Shown in pieces: positions 30,840 to 40,423 of a stretch of 64,000 bases of DNA (position 1 is its first letter; every line of letters begins with the position of its first letter). Origin of the DNA: Anaerovoracaceae bacterium (GTDB lineage: Bacteria > Bacillota > Clostridia > Peptostreptococcales > Anaerovoracaceae); NCBI GenBank assembly GCA_050953365.1, contig JBMNMN010000009.1, positions 117,313 through 181,312 of the forward strand, written 5' to 3'. The position numbers and the translations under genes are program-made. The notes beneath the pieces are model-generated. The model ran no database searches. It had not been told where the DNA came from and saw only the letters and a list, made by a program, of their open reading frames with translations.

Positions 30840-30953
30840 ATGATGTCAGGTAGATGCAATGGGCTCCTCGGTGAAGGAGAAGGAATTGATACCAGCTTGC
30901 TGTTTTTCTTCTTGCTGCTGGTCATCATATTCTGCAACTGTCGTTCGCTATAG
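30840..30953 (+). CDS. candidate small hydrophobic peptide (37 aa)
   Basis: ATGATG preceded by AGGTGAT. Product is MMSGRCNGLLGEGEGIDTSLLFFFLLLVIIFCNCRSL, with one TM-like segment. Below the ORF-track cutoff and unsupported by homology. Confidence 0.3.
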   Translation: MMSGRCNGLLGEGEGIDTSLLFFFLLLVIIFCNCRSL

Positions 30954-31026
30954 CTTAAGAAATAAGGGTCTCGCAAATCTGTCGGTATGCGGGTTTCCTG
31001 TATGTACGAATGCCAGTACACAAACA

Positions 31027-31070
31027 TAGGGACAGACCCCGCGGCCAAAACCGAATGGGGTCTGTCCCTA
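31027..31070. other. perfect 14-bp stem hairpin (possible bidirectional terminator)
   Basis: TAGGGACAGACCCC (31027..31040) pairs with GGGGTCTGTCCCTA (31057..31070) across a 16-nt loop. It lies between the convergent gltX/small ORF and ahcY. The flanking T-tracts are weak. Confidence 0.45.
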
Positions 31071-31144
31071 CTATTTAAATCTGAACTAATTCTATATTCT
31101 ATTAGTTCTATAAGCATTAAATCCGAATTATCACGAGGAGCGGT

Positions 31145-32395
31145 TCAAACATTCCAGCTGTTCAAATACACCTTTTGTTCCTCCGTCAGACGGTCGATGG
31201 TTATTCCCCAAGCCGCAAGCATCCGCTCCGCCACCATGGTATCGATCTCTTCCGATACGTCGATGACTCTGTTTTCCAAGCTTCCTTTGCGTTCCTTTAC
31301 ATACAGGGCGGACAAGGCCTGAACCGCAAAGCTCATATCCATCACCTCTGCAGGATGCCCGTCGGCAGCCGCAATGTTTACAAGTCTTCCTTCGGCGATG
31401 ACGCAGACCTGCTTCCCGTTTTTGAGCCGGTATCCGGTCAGGTTCTTGCGCAGCTCCTTCTTTTCCACCGCAGCCGCTTCCAAGCCTTCCATATCAACCT
31501 CTACGTTAAAATGTCCCGCATTGGCAAGGATGGCCAGTTCTTTCATCTTTAGCATGTGCTCCACCGTTATTACCTTCTTATTTCCGGTAGCGCATACAAA
31601 TATATCTCCCAAAGGAGCCGCCGCTTCCATGGTCATGACTTCAAATCCGTCCATAACCGCTTCGATGGCCGCCACAGGATCGATCTCCGTAACGATGACT
31701 TTAGCGCCCAGGGCTTTCGCCCGCATAGCGATCCCTTTCGAGCACCATCCGTAACCGGCTACCACAACCTGCTTCCCGGCAACAATCAGATTCGTATTCC
31801 GCATGATGCTGTCCCAAGTAGACTGGCCGGTTCCGTAACGGTTGTCGAAGAAATGCTTGCATTTCGCGTCGTTTACCGCTATCATGGGGAACTTCAAGAC
31901 CCCTTCTCTCTCCATGGCTTTAAGGCGGATGATTCCCGTAGTCGTCTCCTCGCAGCCGCCCCAGACTTCCGTTGCAAGATCCGGCCTGCGCGTATGGAGG
32001 GTCGCCACCAGATCGCCCCCGTCGTCGATAACGATGTTGGGCTTATGTTCCAAAGCCATTTCAATGTGCCTCCGGTACTCATCCTCCGTTGCTTTGTGAT
32101 ATGCAAAGACATGAAGTCCCGCCGCCGCCAAGGCAGCCGCTACGTCGTCCTGGGTGGAAAGCACATTGCTGCCTGTCACGCACATCTCCGCTCCGCCCGC
32201 TGCCAGCACTTCGCAGAGATATGCCGTCTTAGCCTCCAAATGTATGGACAGGGTTATTTTCACCCCTTGAAAGGGCTTGTCCTTTTCAAACTGTTCCTGT
32301 AACCCGCGCAGCAGGGGCATGTGAGCGGCTACCCACTCGATCTTCTGCCTCCCCGAAGGCGCAAGGGATAAATCTCTCACCTCATATTGTTTCAT
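31145..32395 (-). CDS. ahcY: adenosylhomocysteinase
   Basis: AhcY-family protein with NAD-binding VAGYGWCSKG. Start moved to ATG 32395 (MKQYEVRDL), which has GGAGG 5 nt upstream. Confidence 0.9.
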   Translation of the reverse strand: MKQYEVRDLSLAPSGRQKIEWVAAHMPLLRGLQEQFEKDKPFQGVKITLSIHLEAKTAYLCEVLAAGGAEMCVTGSNVLSTQDDVAAALAAAGLHVFAYHKATEDEYRRHIEMALEHKPNIVIDDGGDLVATLHTRRPDLATEVWGGCEETTTGIIRLKAMEREGVLKFPMIAVNDAKCKHFFDNRYGTGQSTWDSIMRNTNLIVAGKQVVVAGYGWCSKGIAMRAKALGAKVIVTEIDPVAAIEAVMDGFEVMTMEAAAPLGDIFVCATGNKKVITVEHMLKMKELAILANAGHFNVEVDMEGLEAAAVEKKELRKNLTGYRLKNGKQVCVIAEGRLVNIAAADGHPAEVMDMSFAVQALSALYVKERKGSLENRVIDVSEEIDTMVAERMLAAWGITIDRLTEEQKVYLNSWNV

Positions 32396-32463
32396 TCTAT
32401 CCTCCAACTATCCTCCAACATATAGGTATCGGGACTATTGCAAACTATATCAAATTAATCGGA

Positions 32464-33027
32464 TCAGTTAAATTCACTGGTAAAGGGTTCGCTGGCATCG
32501 AAGTGGCCCATAAGGCTTTCCACCGGCTCGCCTTTCACAAGAAATTGAATCTTATCCACGGCGCCGCCGCCTTCAAACATATATGCATTATGAATCAATG
32601 TCTGCACAATCTGTCCGATGAAAAACCCTTCCTGCATGGATCCCCCGCCGGAACCGATGCTTCCAAAGTCCACGATCAGTATTGTTTCGTCCTCTTCACT
32701 GACGGCAACGCGGTCAAAGATCACATCCTGCCCGATTACAGTTCCCACTCCTTGACTTTCCGCCGTCTTCAGCGCCTCAAGCATGACGATCCAGGGGTTT
32801 TCGCCTTCCGCCACTTGAATCGTCCTGCTTTCCGTCAGATAATGATCCAGTGATTCGTCCCCGGTTTCCACATATGCATCGTTGGTAAAATATAGTTCCA
32901 CCGTATATTCTACGGGTTCTGAAATTCCCGGAACTTCCGGCCCGCCGTTATCCTGGGCGCAGCCTGCCAAGGCCGTCAGTAACAGCACCGCCAAAAGTCC
33001 CCATAAGTATGTTTTTCTCCGTCTCAT
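32464..33027 (-). CDS. GerMN-domain lipoprotein
   Basis: Signal peptide with lipobox LAGC, followed by a GerMN-like domain. Start moved to ATG 33027 (SD GGAAGGTGA). Confidence 0.6.
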   Translation of the reverse strand: MRRRKTYLWGLLAVLLLTALAGCAQDNGGPEVPGISEPVEYTVELYFTNDAYVETGDESLDHYLTESRTIQVAEGENPWIVMLEALKTAESQGVGTVIGQDVIFDRVAVSEEDETILIVDFGSIGSGGGSMQEGFFIGQIVQTLIHNAYMFEGGGAVDKIQFLVKGEPVESLMGHFDASEPFTSEFN

Positions 33028-33087
33028 ATTAATCACCTTCCATCCCCTCGCGTCACCGCCTTGCCCTTTCGGGTTTTTATCGCATCT

Positions 33088-34917
33088 CTATTCCACCGTA
33101 ACGGATTTGGCCAGGTTCTTGGGTTTATCGATATCGCAGCCCCGGAAACGGGCCACATGGTATGCAAAAAGCTGCAGGGGTATTACCGCCAGTATGGGTG
33201 TAAACGTATCCTGGCAGTCCGGAATATATATAACACGATCCGCATGTCCTTCCAGCTGCTTGCAGCTTTCCTGCGCCACACCGACCACAAATGCGCCTCT
33301 GGCTTTTACCTCCTGAATGTTGGACAGCATCTTCTCAAACAATCGGTTTTGGGTGGCTAAAGCCACAACAAGGGTATCCAGCTCAACCAGGGCAATGGTG
33401 CCGTGCTTGAGTTCGCCGGCAGCCACGGCAAAGGAATTGATGTAGGAAATTTCCTTAAGCTTGAGGGATCCTTCATAGGATACCGCGCAATCCGTACCTC
33501 TTCCTATAAAGAAGACCTGAGTCTTCATATACAGTTGCTTAGCTATCCCTTCAATCTCCGCGTCCAGCTTCAATATGGCGCTGATCTTTTCCGGCAGACC
33601 TGTCAATTCGGCTACGAGCTCGCTCCTTTGTTCCGACGAGATACAACCCTTAACGCTTCCCATATAGAGCGCCAGCAAATACATAGAAATCAACTGAGTT
33701 GTATAAGCTTTCGTGGACGCAACGGCGATTTCCGGCCCTGCCCAAGTGTAGAACACATAGTCGGATTCTCTTGCTACAGAGCTTCCCACCACATTGACCA
33801 CGGAAAGCACCCTTGCGCCTCTTGCCTTTGCCTCCCGCAGGGCTGCCAGAGTGTCCAGCGTTTCCCCGGACTGGCTGATGGCAATGAACAAAGTCCTGTC
33901 GTCCACAAAGGGTTCCCTGTATCGAAACTCTGAGGCCACGTCCACCTCTACGGGAATTTGCGCAAATTTTTCAATGACGTATTTCCCTATCAACCCCGCA
34001 TGATATGCGGTGCCGCAGGCAACGATATAAACCTTGCTGAACCCCTCAATGTCTTCTTTTGTTAATTCAATTCCATCCAAACGTATCCGTCCGTCGGGAA
34101 GAAGTCTGCGGCTCAGGGTTTCCTCTACGGCCTTGGGTTGGTCGTAGATCTCCTTCAACATGAAGTGGTCGTAACCTTCCTTTTCCGCCGCCGCCGCATC
34201 CCAGGTGACGTGGAAAACGTCCCGCTTCACTTCTTCCCTGTTCTGGTTATAAATCGTTATGTGGTCCTTCGTGAGGACCACAGTTTCATTGTTTTCAATC
34301 AGGTAGATTTCTCTGACATGCTTCAGAAGAGCCGGTATATCGGAGGCGATAAAGTTACAGCCTTTCCCGATTCCCGCAACAAGAGGGCTATCCTTCCGGA
34401 CCGCCACCAGCTTATCCGGCTCATAGCTGCAAACAACTCCAATGGCATAGGCGCCCCGCATCATCTCCACAGCCCGATAGACTGCATCTGTCAGATCGCC
34501 GTCATAATAAATGCCGATAAGCTGGGCAATGACTTCCGTATCCGTTTCCGAGACGAAACGTATGCCGTGCTCTCTTGAAAGCCATTGTTTCAGTTCGGCA
34601 TAATTCTCAATGATGCCGTTGTGGACCACCGCTATGGTTCCGTCCATATTTGCATGAGGATGGGCATTTACATCCGTGGGAGCCCCATGGGTCGCCCATC
34701 TCGTATGACCTATTCCGATGTGGCTGTCGTATTCCGCGTCCGCAGCAGCCAACTCCAGGTTGCTGATTCGGCCGGCGCACTTTCGAATCTGTACGGCGCC
34801 GTCAAGATATAATGCAATCCCCGCCGAATCATAACCCCGATACTCCAGTTTCTTTAATCCGTCTATAATGACCTCTTTCGCCGATCCGCTTCCAATGTAT
34901 CCAACAATACCGCACAT
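33088..34917 (-). CDS. glmS: glutamine--fructose-6-phosphate aminotransferase
   Basis: N-terminal MCGIVGY Ntn-amidotransferase domain, two SIS domains and a C-terminus KSVTVE. Confidence 0.95.
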   Translation of the reverse strand: MCGIVGYIGSGSAKEVIIDGLKKLEYRGYDSAGIALYLDGAVQIRKCAGRISNLELAAADAEYDSHIGIGHTRWATHGAPTDVNAHPHANMDGTIAVVHNGIIENYAELKQWLSREHGIRFVSETDTEVIAQLIGIYYDGDLTDAVYRAVEMMRGAYAIGVVCSYEPDKLVAVRKDSPLVAGIGKGCNFIASDIPALLKHVREIYLIENNETVVLTKDHITIYNQNREEVKRDVFHVTWDAAAAEKEGYDHFMLKEIYDQPKAVEETLSRRLLPDGRIRLDGIELTKEDIEGFSKVYIVACGTAYHAGLIGKYVIEKFAQIPVEVDVASEFRYREPFVDDRTLFIAISQSGETLDTLAALREAKARGARVLSVVNVVGSSVARESDYVFYTWAGPEIAVASTKAYTTQLISMYLLALYMGSVKGCISSEQRSELVAELTGLPEKISAILKLDAEIEGIAKQLYMKTQVFFIGRGTDCAVSYEGSLKLKEISYINSFAVAAGELKHGTIALVELDTLVVALATQNRLFEKMLSNIQEVKARGAFVVGVAQESCKQLEGHADRVIYIPDCQDTFTPILAVIPLQLFAYHVARFRGCDIDKPKNLAKSVTVE

Positions 34918-34926
34918 ATATTTGTC

Positions 34927-36276
34927 CTAACCCATTCTCTTTGTAATCAGAGTAGCAAGTCCCTCTGCCAATTTAGTTATAGCCTCTATATCCTTGCCTT
35001 CCAGCATAACGCGAACCAGTGGCTCCGTCCCCGAAGGACGAATTAAAACCCGTCCCTCTCCGGCCATAAGCTCCTCGACTCTTTTAATTTCCGCCGCAAT
35101 TTCCGGATCGCTGCTGTATTTTTTCTTGTTTTCGTTCTTAATACGGGCATTTTTAAGAACCTGGGGATAAATGGTCACCTCGTCGGCAAGTTCGGAAAGT
35201 TTCCTTCCGCTGTGCTTCAACGCTTTCAGCAGCTGAAGAGCCGTGAGAATTCCGTCCCCGGTGGTGCTGTAATCAAGGAATATGATATGCCCGGACTGTT
35301 CACCGCCGATAACGCAACCGGTTTTTAACATGCTTTCCAGGACATAACGATCTCCCACCTGGGTTACATCTACTTTTCCGCCGATACTTTCAATGGCTTT
35401 ATGGAAACCCAGGTTGCTCATTACCGTAGCCGTTACTTTATTGTCATGCAATTTACCCTGCTCCTTGAGCATCTTGGCGCAAATATAAATCATCTTGTCT
35501 CCGTCAACGACTCTGCCTTTCTCATCTACGGAAATAAGACGATCCGCATCTCCGTCAAATGCAAGCCCCAGGTCTGCTTTTTCTTCCAAGACTCTTTGCT
35601 GCAGCGCCTCCGGGTGGGTAGAACCGCAACCGGCGTTAATATTCAGACCGTCAGGTGAGTTTCCTAAAACGATGACTTGAGCGCCCAGATCTTTAAGCAC
35701 CTTCTCCGCCACCCGATAGGCAGCGCCGTTAGCGCAGTCTATGACCAGATTCATCCCTTCAAGGCTGACGTCAATGGTGCTTTTCAGGAACTCCGCGTAG
35801 CGCTCCGCTCCGTCGTCCATGGCCTCAAAACAGCGGCCGAGCCTGTCACCTTCGATGTGGCTGTTCACATCTATATCTCTGACGATAATGTCCTCAATCT
35901 CATCTTCAATATCGTCATCCAGCTTAAAACCTTCGCTGTTAAAAAATTTGATCCCATTGAACTCATACGTATTATGGGATGCGGAAATTACTACGCCTGC
36001 GTCGGCTTTCATATGTCTCACAAGATACGCTATGGCGGGAGTGGGAAGAACCCCAACCTTGATCACATTCCCTCCCATGGACAAAATGCCGGCGGTAATG
36101 GCATTCTCCAGCAAATCTCCCGAGAGCCTGGTGTCTTTACCGATCAATACGAGAGGTTTTGGATTGCTTTTCCCAAGAACATACGCCCCCACCTTTCCAA
36201 GGTTGAAAGCCAGATCCGGTGTCAGCTCCGTATTTGCAACGCCTCTCACGCCATCCGTTCCAAAAAGTCTACTCAT
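34927..36276 (-). CDS. glmM: phosphoglucosamine mutase
   Basis: GTDGVRG N-terminus and phosphoserine loop SASHN. 449 aa. Confidence 0.95.
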   Translation of the reverse strand: MSRLFGTDGVRGVANTELTPDLAFNLGKVGAYVLGKSNPKPLVLIGKDTRLSGDLLENAITAGILSMGGNVIKVGVLPTPAIAYLVRHMKADAGVVISASHNTYEFNGIKFFNSEGFKLDDDIEDEIEDIIVRDIDVNSHIEGDRLGRCFEAMDDGAERYAEFLKSTIDVSLEGMNLVIDCANGAAYRVAEKVLKDLGAQVIVLGNSPDGLNINAGCGSTHPEALQQRVLEEKADLGLAFDGDADRLISVDEKGRVVDGDKMIYICAKMLKEQGKLHDNKVTATVMSNLGFHKAIESIGGKVDVTQVGDRYVLESMLKTGCVIGGEQSGHIIFLDYSTTGDGILTALQLLKALKHSGRKLSELADEVTIYPQVLKNARIKNENKKKYSSDPEIAAEIKRVEELMAGEGRVLIRPSGTEPLVRVMLEGKDIEAITKLAEGLATLITKRMG

Positions 36277-37510
36277 TCGAATTCTCCTGTTCCGTATCTA
36301 GAATTGTGATATGGATCTCCGAGGGATCCACAGTAATATTATGCAAAGGCACCTTTGAGGATACCAATATGGGCACAGTATGACTTCCGGTTTTTAAACC
36401 TTCCATGTCAATGTAAAGCTCCAGCTGATCCGGTTGAAGCTGTTCCACTACCTGGGTTCTGCCGGTAACTGAAACAATAACCTCCGCCACATCCGTGTTT
36501 ACGGTCTTTCCCTTTGTCAGGCCGTCTAAGAGGATATCATCTGCCGTAAACCGGAACTGCTTCGTCTCTGTTTTCTCGATGGTAACTCCTGCGGTAATCG
36601 CCGGATTCTTCTTCGACAACTCCACGCCTTCAGGAAGCTGCAAGGTGAGCGGGATTTTTGCATTATTTGTTATTCCCGTGATATCGATGGGTTCCGCGCG
36701 GACTGATGCAATGTCCTGAAGCGCCGCTTTCGTACCCTTTATCAGAACGGATTGCGGTACATCGATTTCTGCTCCATATCCGTCGGCCAAGTTGCCCACC
36801 ATTTCCACCACAAGGGGAACTTCCTTAACCTGCAGCAGCCTTGCGGACACATTTACGTAACTGGAAGAGAGCCTTACATTTTCAACGATCATTTCCGCTT
36901 TATTTAAAGGAACCACTTCGCTCTGAACGGTTCTTTTTTCCGCCGACAGATCTTCAACATCGATATATACTCTCACTTCATCCACATCTTCCACAGCGGA
37001 TTTCGCTCCGGTAACCTCAATCTCGGCGGGCCTGAGTTCCACGTCCCCTTCCTCCGTATTTGCCGGGAACGCTCCTCTGTAGACAACGCTCACAGGTTTG
37101 CTTAGGGCTACCAGATCCTCTATGGTAACTTGAATTTTGGCAGATCTCACCTCAATAAGCTTCAACCCCGCCGGTACTTTCACATTGACCGGGATATAGT
37201 TTTCTCCCTTGCTCCAACCAAAGAGATCCGCCTCGGCTACAATGTCTTCACTGGAAACCTTCATAATATCCGCGCGTCTTCCCTCCACCACCACATCCAC
37301 CATATACTCACCGTCGCCGGCAATGGCCAGCTGCCTGGCGGTAAGGGATTGGATGTTCAGAAGCTGAACGGGTACTCTCGAGATCGTCTCCTCTTTGGTG
37401 GGGTTCACTTGGATGATTACATAGGACCAGAGTAGCAGTGCAATAATTATGGAGAGAATAATGCTAATGGTGCGGCCGCTGTCGGGTTTCTTGTTTTTAT
37501 TGTCCTGCAT
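36269..37510 (-). CDS. cdaR: YbbR-domain protein, CdaA regulator
   Basis: N-terminal TM helix and repeated YbbR-like beta domains. Overlaps both cdaA and glmM, as in the conserved cdaA-cdaR-glmM operon. Confidence 0.8.
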   Translation of the reverse strand: MQDNKNKKPDSGRTISIILSIIIALLLWSYVIIQVNPTKEETISRVPVQLLNIQSLTARQLAIAGDGEYMVDVVVEGRRADIMKVSSEDIVAEADLFGWSKGENYIPVNVKVPAGLKLIEVRSAKIQVTIEDLVALSKPVSVVYRGAFPANTEEGDVELRPAEIEVTGAKSAVEDVDEVRVYIDVEDLSAEKRTVQSEVVPLNKAEMIVENVRLSSSYVNVSARLLQVKEVPLVVEMVGNLADGYGAEIDVPQSVLIKGTKAALQDIASVRAEPIDITGITNNAKIPLTLQLPEGVELSKKNPAITAGVTIEKTETKQFRFTADDILLDGLTKGKTVNTDVAEVIVSVTGRTQVVEQLQPDQLELYIDMEGLKTGSHTVPILVSSKVPLHNITVDPSEIHITILDTEQENSNE

Positions 37511-38348
37511 TGCCGCCTCCTTTTCTCTTGAACAACTTAGCGATGAAATTCTTTACATCGTCGTCGGCCATCTGACTCAAATACAAGTTCAGCAAGGTTT
37601 TTTCCACAGTCTTTATGTCTAAAAACCGGGATAACTTGCCGTCAATGGCAATTGAGATGATGCCTGTTTCCTCCGATACGATCAATGCGATGGCGTCGGA
37701 GTTCTCCGTAATTCCGATTCCTGCTCTGTGCCGGGTTCCCAGATCCTTGCTGAGGGTTCTGTTTTGAGTCAATGGCAGAACACAGCCCGCTGCCACTACC
37801 CGGTCTCCTCTAATAATGCAGGCGCCGTCGTGAAGGGGCGCCCCCGGATAAAAGATGGCTCCCAAAAGCCTTTCCGTAACCACCGCGTCCATTTCCGTAC
37901 CGGATTCTATGATATCGTTCAAGGTCGTCTCTCGTTCGATGATCAACAATGCGCCTATCTTGTGAACAGAAAAATAATCAACCGCCTTGATGATGGTAGA
38001 TGTAATGGATTTTGCTTTTTCTTTGTTCATCTCGCCGAATTGTTTTCTGATAAACTTGCTTCGTCCGATGTACTCCAGACCTCTGCGCAGCTCCGGCTGA
38101 AATACGATAATCAAGGCGATGACACCTAATGTCAGAGTTCCTTCCAGGAGCCAGTTCAGGGTATATAAGTTTAAAATGTCGGAAAGGAATGTGGCCACAA
38201 CCAGAATCAAAAGTCCTTTTACAAGCTGCTCCGCTCTCGTTTCGCGAATGAAAGTCATAACTTTATACACAACAAAAGCCACGATTGTCACATCGATGAC
38301 ATCCGTGACGCTAAAGCTTGCAAACATGTTTGTTACCACATCGGTCAT
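37497..38348 (-). CDS. cdaA: diadenylate cyclase CdaA
   Basis: Three N-terminal TM helices plus a DAC domain (HDGACII, GTRHRAGIGITE). Confidence 0.9.
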   Translation of the reverse strand: MTDVVTNMFASFSVTDVIDVTIVAFVVYKVMTFIRETRAEQLVKGLLILVVATFLSDILNLYTLNWLLEGTLTLGVIALIIVFQPELRRGLEYIGRSKFIRKQFGEMNKEKAKSITSTIIKAVDYFSVHKIGALLIIERETTLNDIIESGTEMDAVVTERLLGAIFYPGAPLHDGACIIRGDRVVAAGCVLPLTQNRTLSKDLGTRHRAGIGITENSDAIALIVSEETGIISIAIDGKLSRFLDIKTVEKTLLNLYLSQMADDDVKNFIAKLFKRKGGGNAGQ

Positions 38349-38418
38349 TGTTTCCGGCTCCTTAAAGGAGATTATTATATCATAATAATCTTATCGAAGA
38401 TAAGGTTAGATTTCAATA

Positions 38419-38457
38419 GAAAATTGAAAGGGGGCCGGAAGCGAATCTCCCGACCCC
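38419..38457 (-). terminator. intrinsic terminator after hpf
   Basis: On the minus strand, GGGGUCGGGA-GAUUCGC-UUCCGGCCCC is followed by CUUUCAAUUUUC. Confidence 0.7.
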
Positions 38458-38472
38458 ACAGTAGAAAAACCA

Positions 38473-39003
38473 TCAATAATTCGGTTCCAAAAGACCGTAA
38501 TTTCCGTCTTTTCTCTTATAGACTACATTTACCATATCCGTTTCCATATTCAGGAAAATATAGAACGTATGTTGAAGAAGTTCCATCTGCATAATGGCCT
38601 CGTCCTGGGTCATGGGCATCAAGTCGAATTTCTTTCTCCTGACAAGGACATTCTCCTCCATCTCTTTGTCCGGGCTTTCCGGCAGATTCGCAAAGATAAA
38701 TTCTTTGTGATCCTTGTGCTTCCTTTGCAGCTTCGTCTTAAACCTGGACATCTGCGTAGACAATTTGTCCACAATTCTGTCGACACCGCTGTAGATGTCA
38801 TTGGTTTCCTCCTCTGCACGGAAAATCGTCCCTTTGGCATTGATGGTCGCCTCGATCTTCTGACGCCCTTTTTCCATCGTCAGCGTAACATTGGCGACAA
38901 TGTCTTTCGAGAAGTATTTGCCCAGCTTTTCAAATTTGGATTCGATGGTTTGTTTGAGATGATCACTGGCGTTGAAATTTTTGCTGGTAATGATGACTCT
39001 CAT
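38473..39003 (-). CDS. hpf: ribosome hibernation promoting factor (long HPF / RaiA family)
   Basis: N-terminal YfiA/RaiA domain plus the C-terminal dimerisation domain of long HPFs. Start probably ATG 39003 (SD GGGGGA spacing). Confidence 0.9.
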   Translation of the reverse strand: MRVIITSKNFNASDHLKQTIESKFEKLGKYFSKDIVANVTLTMEKGRQKIEATINAKGTIFRAEEETNDIYSGVDRIVDKLSTQMSRFKTKLQRKHKDHKEFIFANLPESPDKEMEENVLVRRKKFDLMPMTQDEAIMQMELLQHTFYIFLNMETDMVNVVYKRKDGNYGLLEPNY

Positions 39004-39194
39004 GCTCATTCCCCCTTTTTGTTAATGAGAACTCCTTTTAAATAATTATACTACAAAACCAATACCATTCCTTTTTTGCGGGAAAAATATTTATTCATTT
39101 GCCGTGACAAAGGAGTTATTGTATTCTCTTCGCTATCCCCCGAATCTTGTCGAATTCTGAAAATTATTATTACTTCAGTCTGTTCTGTTGAAAC

Positions 39195-39203
39195 TGTGGA
39201 TAA
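39195..39203 (-). promoter_or_regulatory. perfect DnaA box (TTATCCACA on minus strand)
   Basis: The plus strand reads TGTGGATAA. Confidence 0.6.
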
Positions 39204-39394
39204 CTCTGTGCATAATTGAAAAATGAAGATTTGATTTGTGGACATATATTCGCGTCGTGAATATTAATAAATATTCATTATCTGATTTGCCACACCACTC
39301 GGCCTTTGATTTTTCAACTACGCGCAGATGAATAAATATTAATTATTTTCCATACAATCTTTTTCCCCGTAATTTCGCCCTTTTTTTATATCCT

Positions 39395-39403
39395 TGTGGA
39401 TAA
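39395..39403 (-). promoter_or_regulatory. perfect DnaA box (TTATCCACA on minus strand)
   Basis: The plus strand reads TGTGGATAA, in the same orientation as the box at 39195. Confidence 0.6.
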
Positions 39404-39410
39404 TATGAAT

Positions 39411-39612
39411 CGGATAATGGAATTGCCCGGCTGACCTGGTCTTTGACCCCACACTCGCCTGTCGGTTTTTGTCGCTTGATGAAGCGCTACCGAAGGACTT
39501 ACACCTAGGCTACGCCATGATCGTTGCCGCTTTGCGGTCCAACTTACGTGGGTCCTTTTGCCCGTAGCTGGCATGGACTTTCAACCACAGACCCGGACAA
39601 TTCCATTATCCG
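39411..39612 (-). ncRNA. candidate raiA-motif structured RNA
   Basis: A 15-bp perfect closing stem, CGGATAATGGAATTG (39411..39425) / CAATTCCATTATCCG (39598..39612), encloses about 170 nt of GC-richer sequence. It sits between comFC and hpf (raiA), the typical genomic context of the raiA motif. Strand is assumed from hpf. Confidence 0.55.
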
Positions 39613-39664
39613 ATTCTTTCACCGCAAAGCCTTTCAAGATTATGCTCTGCGAACTTCCGGCCTC

Positions 39665-40405
39665 TTACTGACCTGTATCCATTCCCGCTGCAAAAGTTAC
39701 CACATAAACCCGATGGGCGCCCGATTCTTTCAATACGTCGCTGCAGGCTTCCGTCGTACTCCCTGTGGTGAAAATATCATCCACAAGCAGCACTGTTTTT
39801 CCGTATATATTTTCTTTTACCCATTTTGCCGCGGTAAAAACACCTTGTACATTTTTCCTTCTCTGCGCCGCGCCGAGTCCGCTCATGGGCGGTGTATCAC
39901 ATACACGGATCAATAGATCCGGGTAATACGGCTTGTTCAGACGCAGGGAAATAGACTTTGCCAACAGTCCAGCCTGATTATAGCCTCTCCGCCTCTCTTT
40001 CTTTTTATACATAGGAACTGCCGTCACCAGGTCCGGTTCCAGCCCCTCGGCAACAATCCGCTCTGCCATCAGTTCTGCGAAATGTGAGGCCAGATAATCC
40101 TTATCTTTATATTTTAACTGATGGATCAGATTTCTCTCTGTCATTCCGTAGCCTGCGCAGGTATATCCTCTGTCGAAGCTCCTCTGCCTCTCCGCGCATT
40201 CGCTGCAGAGCCCTGTGTCGGACTGCGCCGCCATGGGCTTTCCGCAGCAGCCGCAGGTTATCTTGTTCGCCCATTGTATATGCCTGACGCAGAATGGACA
40301 GAGAGAGTAAGGCAAGCCATCGTCGATGGGTCTGCCGCAGTTGATGCAATAAATATTCGAAGGATAGATCAGGTCCAGCAATGAGGACCAAAGCTCCATT
40401 ATCAT
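39665..40405 (-). CDS. comFC: ComF family protein (ComFC-like phosphoribosyltransferase fold)
   Basis: N-terminal Cys-rich zinc-finger region (CINCG...CPFC...CGCCG...CSEC) and a PRTase-type VLLVDDIFTTGST. Confidence 0.85.
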   Translation of the reverse strand: MIMELWSSLLDLIYPSNIYCINCGRPIDDGLPYSLCPFCVRHIQWANKITCGCCGKPMAAQSDTGLCSECAERQRSFDRGYTCAGYGMTERNLIHQLKYKDKDYLASHFAELMAERIVAEGLEPDLVTAVPMYKKKERRRGYNQAGLLAKSISLRLNKPYYPDLLIRVCDTPPMSGLGAAQRRKNVQGVFTAAKWVKENIYGKTVLLVDDIFTTGSTTEACSDVLKESGAHRVYVVTFAAGMDTGQ

Positions 40406-40423
40406 AACAGAACTCCATCCGCA

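Noticed and set aside
30749-31117. 122-aa minus-strand ORF in the gltX-ahcY gap
   Set aside because: It has no SD and a low-complexity Ser/Pro-rich sequence. It overlaps a hairpin and the better-supported small plus-strand ORF.
34918-34926. glmS ribozyme upstream of glmS
   Set aside because: Only 9 bp separate the glmM stop from the glmS start, so there is no room for the ribozyme. glmS appears to be fused into the cdaA-cdaR-glmM operon.
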